DNA from: Rhizobiaceae bacterium
Lineage (GTDB): Bacteria > Pseudomonadota > Alphaproteobacteria > Rhizobiales > Rhizobiaceae
DNA length: 40,000 nucleotides
NCBI GenBank assembly: GCA_016742175.1
Contig: JACVCH010000012.1
Span: forward strand, 57,023 to 97,022
Direction: 5' to 3'
Every line of letters begins with the position of its first letter. The first letter of the stretch is position 1. Made by a program: the position numbers and the translations under genes. A model generated the notes under the pieces. The model had not been told where the DNA came from, ran no database searches, and was given only the letters and a program-made list of their open reading frames with translations. This document shows positions 15,982 to 23,897 of this stretch, piece by piece.

Positions 15982-16922
15982 GACAACTTCCTTTCGGTCA
16001 AAGCAGCTTGATAGAGCCGACTAAATCGCGCTTGCTCACAGGCAACTCCCTCTTCGTCCCGAAGCGCGCGCAAGATGCGGGCGACGCCTGTTTCGGTCTG
16101 GAGGCGAACCCCAATCAACTCAAGGATTTCCGCATCAGTCCGCCGCGGCCTAAGGGGTCTCGCAGGCGGTGTCACATTGTCTAAGGCGCTAACGACAGCC
16201 GCATGGTCAGCGTCACGGTCTTGATCATCATTGCCTGAGACCAGCCCTACAAAGTGATGCAGCGCCCGCTGAGAAAAGTCCGCCCGCGTCCCGGGACTGA
16301 TCGCGTCAAAACGCGCGTCGTAAGGCACGAGCGCCGGATGCAACGCTGCCGGCAGCACGGGAGCCAATGAAGCGCCAAATATTCGCAATCGCTTCAAAAC
16401 GTCCGGCCGCAGCGTACCGAGGCTCTCGCCCACCATTTGGGCATATGGACGTGTTAGCGCGATCAGAATACGCCCGGAGGCCGCGCCAACAACATCATCC
16501 CACTGATCCGACAGAGGAGACGATAGAAGACCAGAGAACCAAGCCGCTGCGTCGAATTCACCTCGGACTTTAGCTGCGACAGACTCCGCATGGCCAGAAG
16601 AGACCGTTAGCCCGTACGTTGGCACGTGGCGATCGGCAGGCACCAGACCCAACCCGGCCGAAAGCACGTAGAGCCTTGCCTTAGCGTTCTTTGCTGCCTT
16701 GACCGCCAGCGAGAACCCGCGCCCCGCATAAAGATCCGCCACAGCGATTTCCGCTGGCAGAGTCTGAACTTTCTTAATCCACGCAGCTTGGACTGCGTCC
16801 TGCGGGCCTGGTGGCAAAGCTGCCGGCGTCGAGCAGAACTGAGGTCGCGCTCTTTTTCGAAACGCACAGATTGTGATGATCACATCAACTTTCTTTGGTG
16901 TCGTTTCCCTTGGCGCGTTCAT
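15978..16922 (-). CDS. Hypothetical 314-aa protein, first gene of the modification operon (occupies a DpdC-like position; identity unverified)
   Basis: Long ORF translationally coupled to the next gene. Contains ...ARLYVLSAGLGLVPADRHVPTYGLTV..., reminiscent of the LSxxYGL...PY pattern of DUF328/DUF6884-type proteins. That comparison is from memory and is weak. Confidence 0.6.
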   Translation of the reverse strand: MNAPRETTPKKVDVIITICAFRKRARPQFCSTPAALPPGPQDAVQAAWIKKVQTLPAEIAVADLYAGRGFSLAVKAAKNAKARLYVLSAGLGLVPADRHVPTYGLTVSSGHAESVAAKVRGEFDAAAWFSGLLSSPLSDQWDDVVGAASGRILIALTRPYAQMVGESLGTLRPDVLKRLRIFGASLAPVLPAALHPALVPYDARFDAISPGTRADFSQRALHHFVGLVSGNDDQDRDADHAAVVSALDNVTPPARPLRPRRTDAEILELIGVRLQTETGVARILRALRDEEGVACEQARFSRLYQAALTERKLS

Positions 16923-17335
16923 TTTTCACCCAATAAATGCGCACTAGACACTTCCGACTGCACCGAAGAAATCGATAAGACCTCTACATATGGTGTACCG
17001 GAGTGTGCGCCCTACCACCTGTGTGCGCCATTTACGGTGCCGCTAGATAGCTACAGCAACAGTGAGGGTTTGGCAAAGGGGTGGTCGATAAATGCTATCC
17101 ACGCTGCACAGATTTTCGAAATGTCCGCAGTTATTGCATCCATTTTGAATCATCTTGCGCACTAATGCGTCCCTGGAAGCGTGCTTGACGAACTCTCTGC
17201 CAGTGTCGCAGGTGTCTCAAGCATGATGGACTCCATACGGCAGCCCTAAAATCGCACGGGTCCGCCTCCGCGTGGTGAGAATTGCGCAACTGCGGACAAC
17301 AGAGGGACTGCTCATTGTTGTGGGAGGACTGGCGT

Positions 17336-17400
17336 GGGGAGGCAAAGTCGCTTGGGTCCCTCCCCGTCGCAGGGGCGTCCCGCGGGGTGCGCGGAGCCCC
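17336..17400. repeat. GC-rich inverted-repeat block (two potential hairpins) inside an AT-richer spacer
   Basis: GGGGAGG (17336-17342) pairs with CCTCCCC (17359-17365). GGGGC (17372-17376) pairs with GCCCC (17396-17400), enclosing the palindrome CCCGCGGG (17379-17386). Confidence 0.4.
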
Positions 17401-17553
17401 GGTGTCTGATAGATTTCGTTTATCGTAGAGGGGCTCTTTAGGCGGAAAACCTAATTGCGTTCGCCCTCAGCTTACCTCTCTCAGAATCTCAGGCGATCCC
17501 CTCTCGACAATAGGAGTTCTTATTTTAGCCAGCGTCTGGGAGCGGATTTTGGG

Positions 17554-17873
17554 TGTCATCGCGGGTGTGACGCTGTGACGGGTAAATTAGCCGTGTCACA
17601 TTGCTTCTGTCACATCGTTCAACCAATTCATCTTATTGCGTTTTTTCCTTCAACATCTACTAAGTGTGACGAGTGTGACAGGGTTCTCTAAAGAATCAAA
17701 AATTAAGTTTTGGGGCGCTGCGGCAAGGCAGTGCCAGACCCTTTCCCGGAGTTCCTTCTTTGCTAAGGCAGGACGCCTGCAACCTGTCACAGCGTCACAG
17801 AGGTAGTTAAACATTGAACTTCCCAGAGGTTCGGAGTGTGACAAGAAGAGTGACAGGAATATTAGCCTGTCAC
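17554..17873. repeat. Array of ~11 TGTGAC/GTCACA hexamers in closely spaced pairs of alternating orientation (candidate protein-binding array)
   Basis: TGTGAC at 17566, 17574, 17665, 17674 and 17837, plus GTGACA at 17850. GTCACA at 17595, 17609, 17786 and 17794, GTCAC at 17869, and TGTCA at 17554. Pair spacing is 8-14 bp. About 0.2 copies of one hexamer would be expected by chance in 320 bp on both strands. Confidence 0.7.
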
Positions 17874-17879
17874 GTGCTG

Positions 17880-18476
17880 TCTACAGCAACTGCGCGGCAG
17901 AAGCCGCCCATCTGTTCGAGAAGATCAACCACAGACTGCTGACGCTGGATCGCGAGCGCTGTAGCCGCGAGGCATCTCCCACCGGCATCGATCATCGAGC
18001 AAGGGCATCAAGACCTGCGAGAGCGGCAGGCCGTGCGGCTATGACGAAGGCAAGAAGATCAAAGGCCGCAAGCGTCACGCGTTGGTCGAAACCGACGGTC
18101 GGGCGCTGGTGCTGTTCCCGCACCCTGCCAGCAGACCGGATCGCGACGGTGCGGGTCCGGTGCTGCAGGCCTCTCCGCGACCGTTTCCCTTTCCGCAAAG
18201 TCTTCGCAGACGCAGGCTATCAGGACCGCGCGTCGCGGAAGCCACCTCCATCGCCGTCGAGATCGTCAAGCGGAAGCCCGATCAGGTCGGCTTTGCCGTA
18301 CAGCCGAGGCGATAGGTGGTCGAACGCTTTTCGCCTGGATCAGCCGCAACCGAAGGCTCTGGAAGGACGCGGAGGCCACCATCGAATCCGCCACCGCATT
18401 CCTCTGCGCCCCAGCCGTCATGATCCTCGTCAGACGCATCGCGCGAACTCACGGGCAGTTTCGCCACGGACTCTAA
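17880..18476 (+). pseudogene. IS5-family (IS427/IS1031-like) transposase remnant, 5'-truncated, with a nonsense mutation and frameshifts
   Basis: Across frames the translation reads FEKINHRLLTLDRER..REASPT, GYDEGKKIKGRKRHALVETDGRALV, FADAGYQD, AVEIVKRKPDQVGFAVQPRR*VVERF and AWISRNRRLWKDAEATIESATAFL...LVRRIAR. TAG at 18313-18315 replaces the conserved Trp of PRRWVVERF. A 1-nt deletion lies near 18330. The N-terminal third is missing. Terminal stop at 18474-18476. Confidence 0.85.
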
Positions 18477-18630
18477 GGTATTAAGTCGGATCGAACAGAA
18501 GAGGCTTGCGTTCTGCTGAACAGGGGTCGAGCGCGCCTGAGTGGCCTCCATCAGGTCCTCGATAGCTGGGGTCGATACGAAGCGGTTCTTCGAACGCCGT
18601 TTTACCTTGTTGGTCCACTATAGCGGACAT

Positions 18631-18810
18631 TTATCTGCCTAGCTTCGAGCGACGCACAGCCTCGCTCAGCGCGCGACTTGTCGCCGTTTCGTCAGCCCCG
18701 ACATTGCCGCGCGAAAGGACGATATAGTTAGAGCGAAGACGTCGTGCCGACTCAATGGAGCCGAAAATCGTAAAGATGTTATCGATGGTGCGTGCGAGAT
18801 AGCGGTTCAT
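18631..18810 (-). CDS. Possible small protein (59 aa), unknown function
   Basis: Below the ORF-track cutoff. ATG 18810 is preceded by AGGAG with 5-nt spacing. Translation is MNRYLARTIDNIFTIFGSIESARRLRSNYIVLSRGNVGADETATSRALSEAVRRSKLGR. No homology recognised. Confidence 0.3.
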   Translation of the reverse strand: MNRYLARTIDNIFTIFGSIESARRLRSNYIVLSRGNVGADETATSRALSEAVRRSKLGR

Positions 18811-18922
18811 AGCGGCTCCTACTGTTGCGCCGCAATATATTCATTCTCGCACTGCACGCAACGATTGATCGGGTATGGGAGCACTGCGCCATTTGCGTAT
18901 CGCAATGTCGCGACGGATTGAT

Positions 18923-20662
18923 CTACACCCTTCGGCCGGAAAGGGCCCTTGCTGCACGCCAAGCGAACACCAGAGCGGGACCGAGCGTAATCCCCGGGCC
19001 TGGATAGGCTCCGCCCATTACCGAGCGCATATCGTTTCCACAAGCATGAAGATTTGCAAATGCCTGTCTGCCGTCACGAAGTACTCGACCATCATTGTCG
19101 ACATCTAGACCAGCGGCGGTACCAAGATCCGAAATCACGACCTCAATGCCGTAGAAGGGTCCGCTATCGATCGGCGCCAGGCATGGATTAGGCTTGCAGT
19201 CCGGGTCCCCGAAGTGGCGCTGGTATTCGTCGCTGCCGCGACCAAAGATCGTATCCTCGCCGAGAATGGCATCAGCATTAGTCCGCGCCACGGTTACTGC
19301 GAGTTGGTACGGATCAATCGAAAGCTTGCGAGCAAGTTCGCTAATCGACTGCGCTTCAACAAGATAGCCGTTGGCAAGCATGGAGCGACGTCCGATGCCG
19401 AATGGCTTTGCGGCGCCAAGACCATATCGCCTTAGGAAGTTTCGATCGCAGATCAGAAACGCGCGCGCCGTCTGCCCCTTTGGCGTGACCGCCAGTAGTG
19501 CCTGACAGAAATGATGATAGTTCATCGCCTCATTGACGAAGCGCTTACCCTCAGAGGTGACAGCGATGACGCCGGGTTTGCCTCGATCAGTGACAGTGTG
19601 GGGAAACCGCGCCGCCGACCCATCACTTCGCGTAAAGCGAGATAAAGGTACCCAGAGCGCATTGTCGCCCATCATCGACCTCATGCGGCCGCCAACCGAA
19701 AGCGCGGCTCGAATTGTATCTCCCGCGTCCACAGGTTGGGCCGCCGATGCAAGGCCGGCCTCTAGTGGCAGGTAATGCGCGCGCAGTTCCGGGTCTTGGG
19801 AAAAGCCCCCCCCAGAAAGGATCACTCCACGGCGCGCATTGATGATCAGGCGGTGCCCCCGGCGTTCAAGTTCAACGTCGGTGACGCGCGCGCCTTCCGT
19901 CACGATACGGATAAGATTAGTCGACGTGGAGATTGTCACGCCGGCCGCAAGGCAGCGATCGAGCAGCCTCGCCGCCAGCGCGTTTCCCAGCACCAGCCGC
20001 CCGCCACGCCCGATCGTCAGGCGATCAAGAAGGTGCCGGGCACCGAGACTTGCGATCCTGACCATGTTGCGCCAAGAGGAAAGGGGTTTACGGAAGGCCG
20101 GAAGGTCGGCGCGGTCGACCATCATGCCTCCGAAGAGAGTCATCTCCGGTAATGGAGGGGCAAGAAGATCTCGATGGCGGCCGAGGTGCCTGATGTCGAA
20201 TGGCCGGGCTTCGAGCACACGCCCCCCCAGCGTGGCGCCGGCCGCGGCCTGATAGTAGTCCGGATATCGCAGCACCGGCTGCAATTCGAGTCCTATGTGT
20301 GCGCGCAGAAAATCGATCGCTGGGCCAGCCGAACGGACAAAGGTGGCGAGCAGCGGATCGTCGGCACCATCAGGCACGGTAGCGTGGAGATAGCGTGTGG
20401 CGGCCTCAAGCGAATCCGGCATGCCGGCTTCTTCTGCCAGCCTGTTGGCCGGCGCCCACACCATACCACCCGAGATTGCGGTAGTTCCCCCGATCCGCTC
20501 CGCCTTGTCCACCAGAAGTACATTCAACCCGTCAAAGGCCGCGCAAGCCGCTGCAGTCAATCCCGCAGCCCCTCCCCCGACCACGACGACGTCGTAGGCA
20601 GGCTCGATCGGAATGTCGGCGCCGGCTCGCGGATTTCCTTTGAACCCGCTCATCGCAAGCAT
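18923..20662 (-). CDS. FAD-dependent oxidoreductase (fumarate reductase/3-ketosteroid dehydrogenase flavoprotein-like)
   Basis: N-terminal dinucleotide fold YDVVVVGGGAAGLTAAACAA...LLVDKAERIGGTTAISGG. 579 aa. Start lies 1 nt downstream of the tctA stop. Confidence 0.8.
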   Translation of the reverse strand: MLAMSGFKGNPRAGADIPIEPAYDVVVVGGGAAGLTAAACAAFDGLNVLLVDKAERIGGTTAISGGMVWAPANRLAEEAGMPDSLEAATRYLHATVPDGADDPLLATFVRSAGPAIDFLRAHIGLELQPVLRYPDYYQAAAGATLGGRVLEARPFDIRHLGRHRDLLAPPLPEMTLFGGMMVDRADLPAFRKPLSSWRNMVRIASLGARHLLDRLTIGRGGRLVLGNALAARLLDRCLAAGVTISTSTNLIRIVTEGARVTDVELERRGHRLIINARRGVILSGGGFSQDPELRAHYLPLEAGLASAAQPVDAGDTIRAALSVGGRMRSMMGDNALWVPLSRFTRSDGSAARFPHTVTDRGKPGVIAVTSEGKRFVNEAMNYHHFCQALLAVTPKGQTARAFLICDRNFLRRYGLGAAKPFGIGRRSMLANGYLVEAQSISELARKLSIDPYQLAVTVARTNADAILGEDTIFGRGSDEYQRHFGDPDCKPNPCLAPIDSGPFYGIEVVISDLGTAAGLDVDNDGRVLRDGRQAFANLHACGNDMRSVMGGAYPGPGITLGPALVFAWRAARALSGRRV

Positions 20663-20663
20663 C

Positions 20664-22169
20664 TCAAACTTTTGCCCTGCGCCGGAAGGTGCGTGAGAAC
20701 AGATTGCGCACGAAGGTGCTCTGGAAGCTTAGCGAGATGATGATTAGTGCTAGGAATAGGATCGCCAGCGGGCGGGTGACGAACGGCTCCACGCTGCCCC
20801 CCGAAGCCAGCAGCGCACGTCGCAGACTGACGTCGGCCATGTTCCCTAGCAGCAGGCCGATCACGGCCGGGGCGATCGGGTAGCCGATCTCCTCTAGCAG
20901 GTAGACCACTACGCCGAAGAAGAACATCATGTAAATGTTGAACATGTTGAGACCGAGGGAATAAGAGCCCAGCACGGCAAGGAAGGCGACCACAGGCATG
21001 AGGATGGCGGTGGGGATGCGCAGCACCTGCACCGAGATGCGCACCATTAGGAGGCCGAGCACGAGGATCGTTAGCGAGGCCCACGCCAGCATGGCGGCCA
21101 TCTGCGGGATGAAGTTGGGAAACTCAAATGCAAGCATCGGACCTGGCCGCACGCCATGCAGGTTGAGCGCGCCGAGGAGCATCGCCGCCGGCGGCGACCC
21201 AGGGACGCCGAGCGTCAGGACTGGGATGATGGCGCCGCCGATGCAGGCGTTATTGGCGGTCTCGGCGGCGATGACGCCGCGAACATTACCGGTGCCGTAG
21301 CTTTCTGGTTTGGGATCGAGCTTGCGAGCGGCGTCGTATGAGGCCCAGGCAGCAATGTCCTCGCCCACGCCGGGAATGACGCCGACGCCCACGCCGATTG
21401 CGCCGGAGCGCATTACGCCAAACTTGTTGCGCCAGATTGCAAGCCAATCTGGCATGAGGCTGCCGATATTGGTGACGATTGTCTGCTTCATTTCGCGGTC
21501 GCGCAGGACGCGGAAGACCTGCGGAAGGGCGAAGCCGCCGAGGATGACCGGAACGACGTCGATGCCGCCCGCAAGGTTCGGATTGCCAAAGGTGAAGCGC
21601 TGGTAGCCCTGGATAGTTTCGATGCCAATACCGGCGAGCATGAGTCCGAAGATGCCCGCGATCCAGCCTTTTACGGGCATATCTGGCGCGGTCAGAGATC
21701 CACAGATCAGCACGCCGAACAGCGCCAGCAGGAAGAACTCAACCGACGTGAAGTTGAGCGCCAGCTCGACCAGGAGGGGAGAAAGGAGAACCATGGCAAT
21801 CAGGCCGATGATCGTGCCAATCACGCTGGCCAGCGTGGCGGTGGCAATGGCAATACCGCTCTTGCCCTGCTTGGCCAGGATGTGACCGTCAATGGCTGTC
21901 GCCGCGCCCGCTGCCGATCCAGGAATTCCGAGCAGGATGGAGGAGTGGGAGGGTCCGTAAATGGCGCCGACATAGGCGCCAATCAGCGCGACCATGGCGA
22001 GCTCGGTCGAGAAGCCGAAGGTCAGCGTGCTGAGCAGCGCCACGGCAAGCGTTGCGGTTAGACCGGGTAGTGCACCAAAAATAATGCCGAGCGCCGTTGC
22101 CGATACCATCACCAGCATGTTGATCGGCGTTGCGATTTCGACGAGTTGGACAAGGAAGGATTGAAGCAT
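20664..22169 (-). CDS. tctA: Tripartite tricarboxylate transporter, large permease TctA
   Basis: 501-aa polytopic membrane protein of typical TctA size, adjacent to TctB- and TctC-like genes. Confidence 0.85.
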   Translation of the reverse strand: MLQSFLVQLVEIATPINMLVMVSATALGIIFGALPGLTATLAVALLSTLTFGFSTELAMVALIGAYVGAIYGPSHSSILLGIPGSAAGAATAIDGHILAKQGKSGIAIATATLASVIGTIIGLIAMVLLSPLLVELALNFTSVEFFLLALFGVLICGSLTAPDMPVKGWIAGIFGLMLAGIGIETIQGYQRFTFGNPNLAGGIDVVPVILGGFALPQVFRVLRDREMKQTIVTNIGSLMPDWLAIWRNKFGVMRSGAIGVGVGVIPGVGEDIAAWASYDAARKLDPKPESYGTGNVRGVIAAETANNACIGGAIIPVLTLGVPGSPPAAMLLGALNLHGVRPGPMLAFEFPNFIPQMAAMLAWASLTILVLGLLMVRISVQVLRIPTAILMPVVAFLAVLGSYSLGLNMFNIYMMFFFGVVVYLLEEIGYPIAPAVIGLLLGNMADVSLRRALLASGGSVEPFVTRPLAILFLALIIISLSFQSTFVRNLFSRTFRRRAKV

Positions 22170-22194
22170 GTCGCGTCTCGCGGCTGGTTGCCCC

Positions 22195-22722
22195 TCAGGG
22201 CATTGGCACGAACAGGTGCGTAGTGAAGATGTAGGCCATCAGGGTCGGCACAGCTGCGGCGATGGCGGCGGTTGCGGCGATTCTCATAGGCAGCTTCTTC
22301 CCCGAATCAGGCCACCAGAACGCAGCGATGAAAAGAAAAAGGAATATGGCGCTGACGACACGGAAATCGGCCGAACCAATTCCGAAGAAGATGTAGACGC
22401 CGACCAAAACCATCATGAAGACGACGTTCTGCACACCGCGATTTTGTGGCAGGCCGCGCACCCAACCTGTGAACATGGCGCTGATGTCCGTTCCCCCCAC
22501 TTCCTTCCAGGCCGCGACCAGAACCCGGGCGCTGAATATGACCAGAAGAGTACCCAGAATGGCGGGATAGAGGCCGGGCGACAGATACCATTGCGAACCG
22601 CCGCCGGTGCGCGCGCTCGACCAGGGCATCTGGCTGGCAGCATACAGCATGACCAGTCCTAAGACGATCATGAAACTTGAAAAGACGATGTCGGCCTTTC
22701 GCCGTGCTCTTTCGGGCAGCAT
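22195..22722 (-). CDS. tctB: Tripartite tricarboxylate transporter, small membrane subunit TctB
   Basis: 175-aa protein with four hydrophobic segments, located between tctC and tctA. Confidence 0.75.
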   Translation of the reverse strand: MLPERARRKADIVFSSFMIVLGLVMLYAASQMPWSSARTGGGSQWYLSPGLYPAILGTLLVIFSARVLVAAWKEVGGTDISAMFTGWVRGLPQNRGVQNVVFMMVLVGVYIFFGIGSADFRVVSAIFLFLFIAAFWWPDSGKKLPMRIAATAAIAAAVPTLMAYIFTTHLFVPMP

Positions 22723-22809
22723 CGATTTCCTCCCGTCCCGCTAAATGACATCCCCGTGAAGCACTTGAACGGCGGCGGCCGCTCATGGCCACCGCCGTTG
22801 TCTCAATCA

Positions 22810-23808
22810 TCAGGGCTTTTCAATGCCCAGTTCGTCCGGCGACGTGGTCGCAATGCCCAGATCGAACAACGCCCAGCTCATCGCGTCTTCCATCTTCTGC
22901 AGCTCAGCTTCCGCCTCGTCGCCGTAGAGACCCGAGATCACCATCAGCCGCTCCTGGGCGAGTTGTTGAATCGACGGATCCTGAATCGCAGCCTCGAATG
23001 CTTCGTCAATGATCGCGACGGTTTCCTCGGGGGTGTCTTTCGGGATGGCCATGCCGAGCCACTGGCGGGTTGGGATGTCTTGAACTTTGGGATAGTCGGC
23101 GCCGACGGCCTCGATCTCGCCGATCTCAGGGAAGTCGAACGGCTCCATTTCGGTCATTGCGATTGGCCGCAGTCGCCCAGCGCGAATGAACTCGGCTTGC
23201 TCGCCGACGCCGCTGACCACTGCGTCCACCTCGCCGCTCATGGCGGCAATGTGGGCCGGTGCGCTGCCGTCATACGGCACGTACGTAAATTCAACGTCGG
23301 CCGCCTGACCGGACGCCAGTGCCTTCATGTGCCAAACGCAGCCGAGCGGGCAATGCGAAATGCGCACGCTGCCGGGATTCTCTTTCGATGCATCGACCAT
23401 GTCCTGGAAAGACTTATAGGGCGAATTTTCGGGCACGGAGATCACCCCCGGCCAACCGCCCACCATGTACCAACGCCAGTCCGGCGTGCCAGTGTCGTGG
23501 TAGCCCATTACCTTGACCACTTGCATGGCCTCGGAGGCACCGAGCCAACTATGGCCATCGTGATCCTGATTCCAGACATGTGTCATTGCCACGCCGCCGC
23601 CGCCGCCTGTGCGGTTGACCGCATTGATCCGCGTGCCCAGATGCTTCTGCATCGCTTCAGCGAGCAGACGATTTGTGACATCGGTTCCACCACCGGCCGC
23701 AGCCCAGATAGAGACCTCGATGGGCTTGCTTGGAAAATCCTGCGCCTGTGCGGCACCACCTACGACCAAGGCGGCCGCCATTACGAAACTAGCAATTTGT
23801 GCTTTCAT
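22810..23808 (-). CDS. tctC: Tripartite tricarboxylate transporter periplasmic substrate-binding protein TctC (Bug family)
   Basis: Signal peptide MKAQIASFVMAAALVVGGAAQAQ starts at the internal ATG 23808, with GGAGG 9 nt upstream. Bug-family-like body (...RTGGGGGVAMTHV...). Confidence 0.85.
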   Translation of the reverse strand: MKAQIASFVMAAALVVGGAAQAQDFPSKPIEVSIWAAAGGGTDVTNRLLAEAMQKHLGTRINAVNRTGGGGGVAMTHVWNQDHDGHSWLGASEAMQVVKVMGYHDTGTPDWRWYMVGGWPGVISVPENSPYKSFQDMVDASKENPGSVRISHCPLGCVWHMKALASGQAADVEFTYVPYDGSAPAHIAAMSGEVDAVVSGVGEQAEFIRAGRLRPIAMTEMEPFDFPEIGEIEAVGADYPKVQDIPTRQWLGMAIPKDTPEETVAIIDEAFEAAIQDPSIQQLAQERLMVISGLYGDEAEAELQKMEDAMSWALFDLGIATTSPDELGIEKP

Positions 23809-23897
23809 GTTGCGTATCCTCCACTTTTGACAGGTATTGTTGTTCTCCAATTACGGCCACCCAATCTCCCGACCGCAATTGCCCAACGGTGCCGGCC

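Noticed and set aside
16626-17165. 179-aa plus-strand ORF spanning the start of the 314-aa gene into the spacer
   Set aside because: Its first half is antisense to a well-supported operon gene. The remainder runs through AT-richer DNA with no ribosome-binding site and atypical composition.
17455-17844. ORFs of 78 aa (plus strand) and 64 aa (minus strand) in the spacer
   Set aside because: They are built from the TGTGAC/GTCACA repeats (runs of Cys/His/Asp/Val codons), lack ribosome-binding sites, and lie in the lowest-GC segment. They are better explained as a DNA-level repeat array.
17554-17873. Possibility that the repeat array is a CRISPR array
   Set aside because: The repeats are only 6-8 bp, are irregularly spaced (8-110 bp) and occur in both orientations. 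No cas genes and no leader-like structure are present.
16923-17880. Search for a tRNA gene or tRNA-3'-end att site at the island edge
   Set aside because: No GTTCRANYC T-loop with flanking complementary stems occurs on either strand. The GGGGAGG/CCTCCCC hairpin has a 16-nt loop and no CCA-type acceptor end.
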